Virus record (IMG/VR): IMGVR_UViG_3300028653_000015 | Coordinates: 1-64,000 of that record | DNA: 64,000 nt | Source: a virus | Taxonomy: Duplodnaviria > Caudoviricetes | Strand: one strand, 5' to 3' | Part shown: in pieces, positions 1-9,301 of the stretch | Position numbering within the stretch: the stretch's first letter is position 1 | How the letters are laid out: the number at the start of each line of letters is the position of its first letter | Notes under the pieces: generated by a model | Seen by the model: the letters and a program-made list of their open reading frames with translations, nothing else | Told to the model about the DNA's origin: nothing | Database searches by the model: none | Position numbers and translations under genes: made by a program

Positions 1-2
1 GT

Positions 3-608
3 CTTCTGAACAGGTAGGGATGCTGATGTGGAACTGGTTGCGTGACGAGCAAGTTCACCCTTGCGTACGGAGAACTCAGCTACCGTGCCAGCCTGAACTG
101 TAGACCAATTCAGAGTGGTGACGTTGTGACCGTTGGCCTCTGCCTGGAGAGCCTGTACTGCAGCCTCGATGTGGATGCAGAACTCACGGTCTTCGATCTC
201 TTGGATGTCCTTCACCGAGTTGTCTTCGATCACCTTGGTGATGGGCATTTCGTATGCCAGAAGTTCCTGCTCCGTCTTCTCGAACTTCTCCGAGGAGATG
301 GTGAAGAAGGCTACTTCAGCACGGGGTGCACGTACGAAACGTGCAGTGGGTTGACCACGGAAGGTCAAAGACATTGCCTTGCTCTTTGGCTCGATGTCGA
401 TGATCTTCACCAGTGTGTCGTGGTTGACGGACCTCTGGCAGTCTGCCCTGGTCACCTGTTGCGGGGGAATGATCTTCCTCGCAAAGGAAACTTCGCGCAA
501 ACGGTCACGAATGTACGTACCAGCGTACTCTGCGATCTTCTCTTTGCCCTCGCTGCTATCCAGCTTCTGGGTGAAGAGATCATTTAGGATTCTGGAAGGA
601 ACGCTCAT
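3..608 (-). CDS. Major capsid protein, N-terminal part (runs off the window; absent from the ORF track)
   Basis: ATG at 608 with GAGGT 8 nt upstream. The frame is open to the window edge: MSVPSRILNDLFTQKLDSSEGKEKIAEYAGTYIRDRLREVSFARKIIPPQQV... It lies directly downstream of the protease, scaffold and decoration genes. Confidence 0.75.
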   Translation of the reverse strand, partial: MSVPSRILNDLFTQKLDSSEGKEKIAEYAGTYIRDRLREVSFARKIIPPQQVTRADCQRSVNHDTLVKIIDIEPKSKAMSLTFRGQPTARFVRAPRAEVAFFTISSEKFEKTEQELLAYEMPITKVIEDNSVKDIQEIEDREFCIHIEAAVQALQAEANGHNVTTLNWSTVQAGTVAEFSVRKGELARHATSSTSASLPVQK

Positions 609-648
609 GTTGATTTACCTCTTGTTAGAGCCTGTTAATCAAACCCAA

Positions 649-1098
649 TTAGCCAAGGGTCTTGAGGAACCTTAGCCGACCACCATTGTTTGCTGGGAGG
701 CGAGTCACGTACCCGAGTACGATTCCGCCGCCAGATGCAATCAGACCTGACCTTGTCACACCATCAGATGTGACAACTGCACCCGAGATGGTCAGTGGTC
801 CACCAAGGGCAAGACCAGCAGCTGTGAACACGCGGGTGTCAGCTTCGTACGGCTTGTAGTACAAAACCGTCAGCTTTCCGATTGCCTGCACATCGAAACG
901 TCCTCTTTCCGCAAAAGTTGCGAAACCAAGAACGCCGTTGACAGAACGAACGAGCTGATAGTCCATATTCAGACTAAGAAACTCTCCGTCAACGATGCAG
1001 TTTGGGTTTGTTGGGTTCACGAGTGTCTTGTCAGCCACCGCGAAATCCCTGCGGCCGATGTCCTGGACATCGGATACGATCTCTAGATTTACGATCAT
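649..1098 (-). CDS. Probable capsid decoration/cement protein
   Basis: 149-aa beta-rich, Gly-rich protein immediately upstream of the capsid gene; AGGAG RBS. Confidence 0.5.
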   Translation of the reverse strand: MIVNLEIVSDVQDIGRRDFAVADKTLVNPTNPNCIVDGEFLSLNMDYQLVRSVNGVLGFATFAERGRFDVQAIGKLTVLYYKPYEADTRVFTAAGLALGGPLTISGAVVTSDGVTRSGLIASGGGIVLGYVTRLPANNGGRLRFLKTLG

Positions 1099-1140
1099 TG
1101 GGTGTCTCCTTGTGATGCTACTGTTACCTTCGGTGTCTAG

Positions 1141-1530
1141 CTACTGAGCTAGATCTCCAAGCAGATACGACTCAAGTGCGTTATCCCCATCCACACCTAC
1201 ATCCCCTGCTACCTTGGCCATCTCTCCATTTGGTGCAGTCATGTCAATCGCCTCTTCAATTGCATCGAGCGACCGACCACTGGCATGTGCCTCTTTGATC
1301 TTGGAGATACGCTCACCCAAGGAAAGGCCAAGATTGATCTTCTTGTCCTCCATTGTCTGAGCAATCTTCGTGATCCTGGTGGTCAACCTGTAACCATCCA
1401 ATTCCTTCTCCGCCTCTGCCAATTTCACCTGGAGTTGGTCCTTCTCAGAAGCAAGCTTCCGAAGGACACCAGGCACTTCGGCATAGACCTGAGCGGCCTG
1501 GGCTGCACTGATCTTAGTCTTGTTGTCCAT
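1141..1530 (-). CDS. Scaffold-like coiled-coil head protein with K-x-A motifs
   Basis: Helical and charged; RKLAS, VKLAE, TKIAQ, AKVAG; GGAGG RBS; head operon position. Confidence 0.5.
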   Translation of the reverse strand: MDNKTKISAAQAAQVYAEVPGVLRKLASEKDQLQVKLAEAEKELDGYRLTTRITKIAQTMEDKKINLGLSLGERISKIKEAHASGRSLDAIEEAIDMTAPNGEMAKVAGDVGVDGDNALESYLLGDLAQ

Positions 1531-1539
1531 GTGTTCCTC

Positions 1540-2640
1540 CTAGAAACTCGATCCTGTGTTGAACGGCGATGCCGTTCCCCCACTAAGCCCCTGACCCTCT
1601 TTTTCCTTCTGCTTGGACTCGACGATAGACCGAACCTTTTCGGCCCTCGCCTTATCTTCAGACGATGCGTCTGAAGCACAACCCGCCTCAGCAATCTTGC
1701 TGAGTAGGGCCCTCGCCGCTGCAGCCTTAGCTGAGGAGATTTTCACCCCAGCTTCGGATGTGTTGGAGAGGTTGTTCTGAAGGACAGCATCCGTCGACTT
1801 CTTCTGAGCTGGTTCATCAAGAACCTCACCCATCCGCTCTTTTGGCTCTGCCTTCGCGTCACGCTTAGTGTAGTCTCTTGCTGCTTCGTTGCTATCGATC
1901 ATCTTTCTCTGGGATGCAGCAGGCCCAGGGAGAGAAGGCACACTTTCCTCAGAAGCAGTTGCTTCAGGAGGAACATCTGCCAGCTTCTTCATGATGCCAA
2001 GTACACGGTCTACTTGGTTTACTGGAGCAGCTGTCTTTGCTGCCGCAGCTCTCTTCTGTAGAAGCTCTGCGGCACTCTGCTTCAGAATGTCCTTATCCTT
2101 CCAGGACTCATTTCCACCTGGGGGATTGTTGATATCAGTCTCCATGGCCGTACCAGTGTTGGTCTGACCTGGTGAAGCTGGGTCTGTACCTGGCTTCATT
2201 GGAGGCTGTTGCTGTTCTGTTGCCTGCCCTACCGCCTCAGTCTGTACACCTGGTGTAGGTGCATCTAGGTTGGTAGGAGTAGCACCAGTGCCCTCGCCAG
2301 GGCCTATCTTGGCCTCTGGAGTACCTGAAGGAGTAGGTGGAGTAATCTCTCCGACCGCCACCTTCAAGAAATTCTCATTGAGGAACTCAACTGCACTAGC
2401 CAGCTTGAGAGCCAGAGCAGAGGAGGTCTTTGTGTTCGGCTGCTCTGCATCGTTCCTTTCAGGAACAGTAGCCGGGTTATTGGGTGGTGTGTTGGATGCT
2501 CCGGGGCTCTTGCTCTTTGCATCCGAAATGTCTGTGTTCTCTCCGTTGTGTACGGCTTCGTCATCTGAAGCTGCAAGCTTCTCGCGCCTTTCGGCTTCAG
2601 ACACCGTTGCCGCAACCATGCTATGTAGCGAAAACTTCAT
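1540..2640 (-). CDS. Low-complexity scaffold/internal head protein with K-x-A motifs
   Basis: P/T/E/A-rich; EKLAA, LKLAS, LKVAV, QKRAA, AKTAA, KKLAD, SKIAE; GGAGG RBS. Confidence 0.55.
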   Translation of the reverse strand: MKFSLHSMVAATVSEAERREKLAASDDEAVHNGENTDISDAKSKSPGASNTPPNNPATVPERNDAEQPNTKTSSALALKLASAVEFLNENFLKVAVGEITPPTPSGTPEAKIGPGEGTGATPTNLDAPTPGVQTEAVGQATEQQQPPMKPGTDPASPGQTNTGTAMETDINNPPGGNESWKDKDILKQSAAELLQKRAAAAKTAAPVNQVDRVLGIMKKLADVPPEATASEESVPSLPGPAASQRKMIDSNEAARDYTKRDAKAEPKERMGEVLDEPAQKKSTDAVLQNNLSNTSEAGVKISSAKAAAARALLSKIAEAGCASDASSEDKARAEKVRSIVESKQKEKEGQGLSGGTASPFNTGSSF

Positions 2641-2655
2641 CAGGTCCTCCTGGGA

Positions 2656-2976
2656 TCAAACTAAAGGTGGCGGTTGTTGTCGTGCCATGCCCCCAATGTC
2701 TGGATTGGCTCCTGCTGGAACCTCAACATTCGGTTGGGAGTAGTTAGGGCGCGGACCATACTTTGCCGCCGGTTGCACCAGCTTCAGATTCAATGGACCG
2801 GGTGCAGTCGGCGCTTTCGGGAATTGAGTGTTGGTCAGTTTGGCACGTGGAGCCCCAATAGTCTTGGAAGTCCAAGGACTATCAGGGGCACGGACTTCTC
2901 CGGCCACCTTGGTCAACTCTTCGAAAAACGCCGACATGCAAATACCGGTCATTGGGGTTGTTGTTATTCGTTCCAA
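2656..2976 (-). CDS. Small Pro-rich head protein (start uncertain, possibly ATG 2952)
   Basis: Fills an operon gap; AFFEELTKVAG motif of the K-x-A family. Confidence 0.5.
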   Translation of the reverse strand: MERITTTPMTGICMSAFFEELTKVAGEVRAPDSPWTSKTIGAPRAKLTNTQFPKAPTAPGPLNLKLVQPAAKYGPRPNYSQPNVEVPAGANPDIGGMARQQPPPLV

Positions 2977-3782
2977 GTCACTGGGTAGCCGCTAGCTTCC
3001 AGCATCTCGAGAGCTCTACGCTCTACAGCCAGGTCCAGGGGGGACGCTGTCTTGGTTTCTTCTGCAGCAGGTGCAGGAGGAGCAACAAGGTTGCCCTCTG
3101 GATCTACCCAGCCGGCTTCCTTAGCCATGGCTAGTGCACGCTGCTCAGCAAGAGCATCAAGGGCTGCTTGATCTGCCTCACCCTTCTTCTCTTTCTTAGA
3201 TGCTCTGCCAGCTACTCCACCAGCTGCACCCCCGGCTGCAAAGCCAGCACCAGCTGCAGCAAATGGATGCTTCTTAACGCCTTCAACTGCAGTCTTACCA
3301 GCAGCAACACCCTTGTTCTTCAAGAATGCTGGAAGGCCCTTAGCAGCACCAACTGCCTTGTCCTTGAGCCCGGCTTCCTTTTCGATCTCCTTGCACTCTT
3401 GTGCAAACGAGTGAGCCATTACACGGCCCAGGAAGTCAGCTTCTGCCACCTTCTCAGCAGCTTCGGCTTTCTTGTCTTCTGGGGATTCCGAAGAGGATTC
3501 AGCAGACTCTTTCGATTCTGGAGTCTCCTTGGACTCTGTCTTCTCGTCCTTCTTCTCTTCTCCCTCTTCCTTCTTCTGGAACTGTGGAGGAAGTTCTGCT
3601 TCCTTCTGCAATTCCGCAACCATATCAGCTACTTCTTGATCGCTGAACTGGCTAAGGTCCACGTTGTTGTCCCCTGCCAGCTTAACAAGAAGCTCAGCAG
3701 CAGCCAACTTCACCTGATCATCTTCAGCATTAGCCGACTGGCCAGTGCCATAGATCTCTGCTAGTTGTGCATCCATGCTCAT
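2964..3782 (-). CDS. Acidic scaffold-like head protein with K-x-A motifs
   Basis: E/K/A-rich; VKLAA, VKLAG, QKEAE, EKVAE, EKEAG, AKEAG, TKTAS; AGGAG RBS. Confidence 0.55.
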   Translation of the reverse strand: MSMDAQLAEIYGTGQSANAEDDQVKLAAAELLVKLAGDNNVDLSQFSDQEVADMVAELQKEAELPPQFQKKEEGEEKKDEKTESKETPESKESAESSSESPEDKKAEAAEKVAEADFLGRVMAHSFAQECKEIEKEAGLKDKAVGAAKGLPAFLKNKGVAAGKTAVEGVKKHPFAAAGAGFAAGGAAGGVAGRASKKEKKGEADQAALDALAEQRALAMAKEAGWVDPEGNLVAPPAPAAEETKTASPLDLAVERRALEMLEASGYPVTWNE

Positions 3783-3862
3783 TTGGTAACTCCTGTGTGT
3801 CTCGGTTGATCGTTAGGTTCCATGATCGGTTTCTGTTTCTTCGGGGTACGAGGCCCCTAACA

Positions 3863-5710
3863 TCACCGAGGTGTTACTATCTTCTCTCCCATCCTGGTCA
3901 ATCTTGCTATCAAATCACCCGGAAGGGAAGATCCTTCTGAGTGTAGCATACCCAATCCAGCCAAAGCTGCCAGTATGTGGGGATGCTCTGCAGCCAAGTC
4001 GGTCAGAAAGCCCACTTGATCTCCCTTTTGGTCTGCTTGCCTTCTCTTGTAGGCAGCAAGAGCAGAAAGTATCTCAGCGGCTCCCATTGCTCCCAAAACT
4101 GGACCAACTTCAGAAGCTGTCTTACAGAACATATCCCCCAGCCCCTGGCCGTAGACTTTGTTCCAGAGTGTTGTGTCGGAGCTGATAGCATAGGGAATTT
4201 CATGCAAACAGTGGGCTAGCTCTTGTAGGTACCCATTATAGGACGCAGCTATCTTCAGTAGGAAGCGGTCTGATGATGCTATTTTTTCATCCTCTGGCTC
4301 CCCCTTTGGACCGCCCATTATGGTGATTCTGACCATCCTTCTCTTGGCTATTGGCTCCAGGAAACTCTTGTCCTCCATAAAGGGCAACAGTATCTTCTTG
4401 AGCACATCACTCATATGCTCTGAACCCATCTCCCCTGGGCTCTCTACATCATCCGTGGGCCCAAACACCATGCTGTGCCTGTCTAGCTCATCAGCTAGTG
4501 GCTTGTTCCCCATGTGTATGATGGTGATTCTCTGGAACTCCCGAGGCTTGAGAAGCATGCCCATCATCGCAGGAGTAGAAAGAGCTTCACTCAAATCAGA
4601 GGAGCCAAGTCTATCCAGGACTTCATTAGGTAGGTCCGGTCTAGCCGAAACAGCCTTACCGCCGAACTGAGAAGGAGTGATGTCTTTTTCTATCTCGCCA
4701 GATTTGATCTCAGCAACCTTAGCCCTAGGCTTCAGATGACCTATAGGCTTCTTGGTATCTACGGTACCTGTAAAGAAACCACTTCCATCAGGCAGCTCTA
4801 CTGCGTGCGCTGCCTTTTCCATCTGCTCCTCCACATCTGGAAGGTACCCTTCATCCTCCGCCACCCTCCACGATGGTACTGCCTCTCCTGCTCCTACTGA
4901 GGCTAACTTGGCCATCACCTTCGCCGTCTTGTCCGCACCTATGAACACTACTGAGATGTCGAAGAACCTGGGGTAATCATTGATGGCATAGTTCTTCACC
5001 CCATTCGGCATGATCTTATTGAGAGCCTTGCGCAGGTGCTCGCAATAGTCATTGCGAGTAACAGATATACCTCTGATGGGCTGCTGCTTATGTACTGCCA
5101 ATACCGCATCGGCTATGCTCTTGTGTACGTGCGGATCAAAAGTAGCCTTGGCTGTCTCGTACCGTTTCCAGTCTGTACAGTATGAGCACAGATCATAAGG
5201 AACCTTGCAGCCCATGCTGACGTCTGGAAATATACCTTGGTCTATCTTGTCACAGACATCTACAGCGCCAACTTCAAATGCCTTGTCGCGATCTATCTCA
5301 ATCACCAACTCTACCCGCTTCATCATATCGTTCCATACGGACAACAGTATGGTACCGAAGCTACGGGATGGGTCCTTGTTCACATGGTGTTTGAACAAAC
5401 CAGCAGTTCTGAAAGTCTCGTAGCCATAGTCAGAACCCTTATGAAGTAGAGCAACTTCCGGGAAGTAGTCTCCATTGATGTTGGAGCCCCAGTATTCCCC
5501 AGCTCCCAGGGCATTCACCAGGATGACTATCTTACGCGGGCTGGACTTAATGTTCTCCAGCAAGCTCTTAACGGATGGAAGGAGTGGGGCTGCAGTCTTA
5601 CCCATACCGAAAAAGGCTGCAGCCTTATCCATGTCCCCCGGCTGGAAGACTTGAATGAGTCGCTCACCGCTAGGCTGGTGAGCTTGATACTGACAGACCT
5701 TTATGATCAT
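3863..5710 (-). CDS. Prohead maturation protease (HK97/assemblin-like fold) with Cys-rich insert and C-terminal extension
   Basis: Motif order NINGDYFPE ... FKHHVNKDP ... DVSMGCKVPYDLCSYC ... FFDISVVFIGADKTA parallels HK97-family proteases (D..F, His, S.G, EIS.V..PA). Located upstream of scaffold and capsid genes. Confidence 0.7.
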   Translation of the reverse strand: MIIKVCQYQAHQPSGERLIQVFQPGDMDKAAAFFGMGKTAAPLLPSVKSLLENIKSSPRKIVILVNALGAGEYWGSNINGDYFPEVALLHKGSDYGYETFRTAGLFKHHVNKDPSRSFGTILLSVWNDMMKRVELVIEIDRDKAFEVGAVDVCDKIDQGIFPDVSMGCKVPYDLCSYCTDWKRYETAKATFDPHVHKSIADAVLAVHKQQPIRGISVTRNDYCEHLRKALNKIMPNGVKNYAINDYPRFFDISVVFIGADKTAKVMAKLASVGAGEAVPSWRVAEDEGYLPDVEEQMEKAAHAVELPDGSGFFTGTVDTKKPIGHLKPRAKVAEIKSGEIEKDITPSQFGGKAVSARPDLPNEVLDRLGSSDLSEALSTPAMMGMLLKPREFQRITIIHMGNKPLADELDRHSMVFGPTDDVESPGEMGSEHMSDVLKKILLPFMEDKSFLEPIAKRRMVRITIMGGPKGEPEDEKIASSDRFLLKIAASYNGYLQELAHCLHEIPYAISSDTTLWNKVYGQGLGDMFCKTASEVGPVLGAMGAAEILSALAAYKRRQADQKGDQVGFLTDLAAEHPHILAALAGLGMLHSEGSSLPGDLIARLTRMGEKIVTPR

Positions 5711-6327
5711 TTAGCGTATCTGTCTCCAGAGCTGGGATCTATCTGCTTGACCGCACCTGACATCATGCCCAGTGCGGGTGATTGAGCAGGCAACATACCC
5801 CTGTCCTTCTGTACGCCAGATACTGACTTCTGGATGCCGGCCAACATGTTGGCTGTTTCCATTGGTACTGCTGGGCTACCTTCTGGGCCTCTATCAAGCA
5901 AATTACGAACGAATGACCCTGCAATCACAGGGTCAGCAGCCATGTGTGGGGACATGTGCCTGAGGGAGTTGTAGTAGGCTTGAACTCTTCCAGCATCTTC
6001 CTTTTGTAGCTCAGGATGGGCTTCGATCATAGCCTTGTACTCCATAGGCTTTTTGACCTTGTCCACACCCAGGTTTATCATCTGCCTGGCACCACGAATG
6101 CCGGCATCTAGCGCAAGACCGGCGGTTCCTACCACAGCAGCAGTCTGTAGGTTACCACCAAGGTTGTAGCCGAACCTCTGTGCATGTGTCTCTAGGGGTG
6201 AGGTTCCAGAGCGTAGGCCATCTAGTATGGACCTCAAGAGCCCAGGTGCCCTCTTTGCGACGCCCTCTCCTACCTCACCAACAACAGAAGCAGACTTATC
6301 CTGAAGAAACTCTTCTACTGGGTTCAT
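5707..6327 (-). CDS. Virion protein with hydrophobic Gly/Ala segment
   Basis: ATGA-coupled to its neighbours; DKSAS near the N-terminus; LQTAAVVGTAGLALDAG segment. Confidence 0.55.
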   Translation of the reverse strand: MNPVEEFLQDKSASVVGEVGEGVAKRAPGLLRSILDGLRSGTSPLETHAQRFGYNLGGNLQTAAVVGTAGLALDAGIRGARQMINLGVDKVKKPMEYKAMIEAHPELQKEDAGRVQAYYNSLRHMSPHMAADPVIAGSFVRNLLDRGPEGSPAVPMETANMLAGIQKSVSGVQKDRGMLPAQSPALGMMSGAVKQIDPSSGDRYAK

Positions 6328-6632
6328 TGATCATACCCCTGTGCTCGTAGCTGTCTTTGGTACTTCCACTCATCTAGCTTATTCTTTGCCCCAGTGACAC
6401 CCTTGTAGGCCCCGTATCCTGCTCCTAGTGTAGGAGCAGCTGTGATAAGGCCCGTCAAGGCTGCTGGTGCTCCAACACTACCTAGATGCCCGGCTGTAGC
6501 CTGTGCGCCTGCATTCGCAGCATTCCACAAGTGACCTGTAGTTTTGCCCACAAAGCCAGCAGCATCTCCCACAAGACCTGCTGTCTTGCTACGAAGGATA
6601 CCTAGTACCTTAGCGTACTGGGATGGCTGCAT
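6324..6632 (-). CDS. Small Gly/Ala-rich virion protein (start ATG 6632)
   Basis: GAGAGG RBS before MQPSQYAKVLG; SKTAG motif; AAPTLGAGYGAYKG glycine-zipper-like segment. Confidence 0.55.
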   Translation of the reverse strand: MQPSQYAKVLGILRSKTAGLVGDAAGFVGKTTGHLWNAANAGAQATAGHLGSVGAPAALTGLITAAPTLGAGYGAYKGVTGAKNKLDEWKYQRQLRAQGYDQ

Positions 6633-6876
6633 GGAATTCCTCTCCAGGCACTGATTCTGGGGGACTCTCTGGGTCTTCGCGAACAACTCTATTCTTAGAG
6701 CGCCCCTTACCCAGTTCTTTCATCCAATCTTCCACATGCTTACGTGTATACAGTGGGCACTGCCAATGCTTTGAACATATCTTCAAGCCCAGATACGTGC
6801 CCACTACTGAGCCGAAAGCTGAGGCTATCAAACTCAGTATCACTATCCAGGGTATCGCGGACTGCCAGGTAATCAT
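6610..6876 (-). CDS. Small membrane protein with one N-terminal transmembrane helix
   Basis: AIPWIVILSLIASAFGSVVGTYLGLKI hydrophobic stretch followed by a charged tail; ATGA overlap with the upstream gene. Confidence 0.5.
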   Translation of the reverse strand: MITWQSAIPWIVILSLIASAFGSVVGTYLGLKICSKHWQCPLYTRKHVEDWMKELGKGRSKNRVVREDPESPPESVPGEEFHAAIPVR

Positions 6877-7817
6877 TGGATCATCTCGTGCAGCTTAGAA
6901 CGAACTGCTGTCAACTGTTCGTCTAGCACTTCGATGCTCCTTTTAAGCACACGATGACCGTGTGCTATCTTGGTGAAGGCCACAAACTGCTCCACCAGGG
7001 GATGTGATGGGTTAGGTAGCGTTCCGGCACTGGCTGTCTTGCTGAACGATTTAGCCAACTCCTCTTCCGAGTGCCCACGGCTCTGTAGATGCTTGACCAC
7101 TATAGCCGTGGCCTCCTTTAACAGCAGTGCACTAGGTGCATAACCAGCCCACACTCGAGCTATGTCCCCCATGGGTGTACCAGTTTCAAGCTCTTGTGCT
7201 GCGGTCTTACAGAGGTCTGAGGACACATCATCATAGACCACACCGGAAGTAGAGAGCTTACTGATCATAGTCTCCCTAGTTCCCTCCAGGCATAGTCTCA
7301 AATCATTGAGCTCGTCTACTGGATTGTAGTGGCTCATATGATCTCTAGACACCTCTGCATGTACTGATGCAGTCTTTTCCTTGTCCCCAGCCTTGATGCC
7401 GAATGCCTCAGCAAGGGCTTCATCAGTAACTCCAGCCGTCTTGTAGTGCCCAGCTGTATCATGCTGGATGTAGTCACTAGATCCTACCTTGCTGAGCATA
7501 GGGTTGCCTCCGTCGTTCAGGTCTTTCAGGACCACACTGGGATTAGCTGGGCCACCTTCGAAGGTGACATTCCTCATCTCCCCGGCCTTCTCAAATTCGG
7601 AGAGGTAGGCATTGGTATTGGCGAACTCGCAGACCCTCTTCACCTGTTCTGGTGATAGCATGGCCTCTTTCACCACTTCCACCACTGCATCGGAGAGTTT
7701 GATACCCCGGTCGCTGTAGGCGGCAGCAGCACGTTTACCCATCAACTCTAGCTGTTCTGGGTCTACTGGTTTTGCTGCCTGTTGTAAAGCCAGGCCCAGT
7801 GGTAGAGAATCGCTCAT
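6873..7817 (-). CDS. Internal head protein, first gene of the head operon, K-x-A rich
   Basis: VKEAM, YKTAG, EKTAS, CKTAA, LKEAT, SKTAS, TKIAH; GAGGAG RBS; preceded by a sigma70-type promoter. Confidence 0.6.
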   Translation of the reverse strand: MSDSLPLGLALQQAAKPVDPEQLELMGKRAAAAYSDRGIKLSDAVVEVVKEAMLSPEQVKRVCEFANTNAYLSEFEKAGEMRNVTFEGGPANPSVVLKDLNDGGNPMLSKVGSSDYIQHDTAGHYKTAGVTDEALAEAFGIKAGDKEKTASVHAEVSRDHMSHYNPVDELNDLRLCLEGTRETMISKLSTSGVVYDDVSSDLCKTAAQELETGTPMGDIARVWAGYAPSALLLKEATAIVVKHLQSRGHSEEELAKSFSKTASAGTLPNPSHPLVEQFVAFTKIAHGHRVLKRSIEVLDEQLTAVRSKLHEMIQ

Positions 7818-7837
7818 TGATTTCTCCTCTTAGAGGT

Positions 7838-7867
7838 ATGATACGGAGTGCACTAGTTGCGTGTCAA
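7838..7867 (-). promoter_or_regulatory. Sigma70-type promoter for the head operon
   Basis: Minus strand TTGACA (7867-7862), 18 nt, TATCAT (7843-7838), ending 20 nt upstream of ATG 7817. Confidence 0.65.
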
Positions 7868-7896
7868 CGCACCTGACATACTTCACTAGTGATAGC

Positions 7897-8430
7897 ATGG
7901 AGCACAAAGACATGGGAAGCAAAGCAGACGAGGCCGAACACTCTACAAGACTACTCGATGCAAGGATGGATGGTCTAGAGAAACAGGTAGCTTTCCTACT
8001 GCGCGTGAATGGTCTGGATTTATCCCACTTCCGCACAGTGAAGGATGATGCATTGTTGCAGCTATACCAAGATGCTGTTCAATTGGTAGCTGTAGTGCAA
8101 AAAGGGGTGGCTCTAGAGGTAATAGATCGATGGGCCGAGTATTTCATACAGCTTTCAGAGTACGAGTTTACCAGACTACAGCCAATAGTGTCTTTTGATC
8201 ATACCTGGGAGCCATTCTTCCTGCTTTGTACCAAGATGATGACCCAGGTACGACAGGACCCCAAACTCCCAGACAGTGCTCGTATACAACAGCTATACGC
8301 CCTACTTGATAAAGGCAGAAAGAACCTACGGGATGCTGCTGTAGTCATGTGTAGGAAGTATCCAGGCACACTTACCAAGAGGGGCACGGTTATGATCAAA
8401 GACGGTGACCTCTTAGCCAGCATATCCTGA
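7897..8430 (+). CDS. Hypothetical helical protein (likely start ATG 7897)
   Basis: Open frame divergent from the head operon; no recognised motif. Confidence 0.55.
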   Translation: MEHKDMGSKADEAEHSTRLLDARMDGLEKQVAFLLRVNGLDLSHFRTVKDDALLQLYQDAVQLVAVVQKGVALEVIDRWAEYFIQLSEYEFTRLQPIVSFDHTWEPFFLLCTKMMTQVRQDPKLPDSARIQQLYALLDKGRKNLRDAAVVMCRKYPGTLTKRGTVMIKDGDLLASIS

Positions 8431-8479
8431 AAAGCAAAAAATGACCCCCTAAAGTGGTCAAAAGCCACGTTTTAGGCGC

Positions 8480-8506
8480 AAAAACAGGGCTCTAGTAGGG
8501 TATAAG
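8480..8506 (+). promoter_or_regulatory. Phage-specific promoter motif, copy 1
   Basis: AAAAA-cagggctctagta-GGGTATAAG; intergenic, upstream of ORF 8596. Confidence 0.65.
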
Positions 8507-8595
8507 TATATTGATCCAGAAGACCTAGCCCAGTTGGGTTGGCTTCTACAAACTAGGCCGACCTGTAATTGGGCGACCCCTACAAGGAGAGCATC

Positions 8596-9033
8596 ATGAA
8601 AACCCCATCCGAAGAGACCGAAAGGACCGAGAGCACAGAGACCAAGACCACCCACCACAGCAAGGGAGCTGAGCCTGCGATCTTCCCCAGCGACAAGGAA
8701 CTTGCAGCCCATGGCTTCTTCCAACGTGGCGGCAACTGGGGAGTAGGGATGATCCAGGATTTCAGGAACATCCGCCTTGCCCCCGCTGGTGACAAGTCGT
8801 ACCACTTCTTCGCTGGTTCAGCCAAGGCAGTTTTCTACATAACGGCCGCTGAAGGTGCCTACAGCATCGGCAAGTGGTGCCTGGCAAAGCTTGCTGCCAG
8901 GAAAGCTGCTGCGAAATTGGCAAGCAGGCTGACTGGGTTGGAGGTAGGGGACTCTGCTGAAGTGTCAATGACAGCTACTGCAGCATCGTACTGCGACCGT
9001 GGCTGGATTCAGAAGTTCAGGTCCTCGCTGTAG
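8596..9033 (+). CDS. Hypothetical protein (start ATG 8596)
   Basis: CCCCTACAAGGAG RBS, identical to that of ORF 9302; downstream of promoter copy 1. Confidence 0.55.
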   Translation: MKTPSEETERTESTETKTTHHSKGAEPAIFPSDKELAAHGFFQRGGNWGVGMIQDFRNIRLAPAGDKSYHFFAGSAKAVFYITAAEGAYSIGKWCLAKLAARKAAAKLASRLTGLEVGDSAEVSMTATAASYCDRGWIQKFRSSL

Positions 9034-9189
9034 GACCTCACAAGATTCTCCTCGTGGTCTGCTCTGGGCTCGGGCGAAAGCCTCGGGGGTCAAACCAGGG
9101 CAGGCCACAGGGGGTTATGCGCCCTCTGTCCAGCAGAGAAGAACTGGGCTACTGCATAGGGAGCGTTCGGCATCCTGTGCGGCGCCTTC

Positions 9190-9214
9190 GAAGAACCCAT
9201 ATGGGTTCTTCTTT
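9190..9214 (+). terminator. Intrinsic terminator
   Basis: Perfect palindrome GAAGAACCCATATGGGTTCTTC followed by TTT, immediately before promoter copy 2. Confidence 0.6.
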
Positions 9215-9220
9215 AGCTGC

Positions 9221-9247
9221 AAATTAGGTACCCCAGTCGGGTATAAG
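9221..9247 (+). promoter_or_regulatory. Phage-specific promoter motif, copy 2
   Basis: AAATT-aggtaccccagtc-GGGTATAAG upstream of ORF 9302. Confidence 0.65.
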
Positions 9248-9301
9248 AATATTAGATCAAGGAAATCTAACCCCAGATTTAACCCCTACAAGGAGACAGT
9301 C

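Noticed and set aside
42-587. Plus-strand 181-aa ORF and the many other antisense ORFs in the track
   Set aside because: They are shadows of longer opposite-strand genes that have RBSs and motifs; here the real gene is the minus-strand capsid frame starting at 608.
6610-6876. Holin assignment
   Set aside because: Single transmembrane helix inside the head operon, with no endolysin or spanin nearby.
9034-9190. Hammerhead ribozyme or SRP RNA
   Set aside because: Lacks the CUGAnGA/GAAA core arrangement and the SRP helix-8 consensus; kept only as an unclassified structured region.
8999-9301. N-terminal 101 codons of the 217-aa ORF call
   Set aside because: The region holds structured RNA, a terminator and a promoter; the true start is ATG 9302 with AAGGAG.
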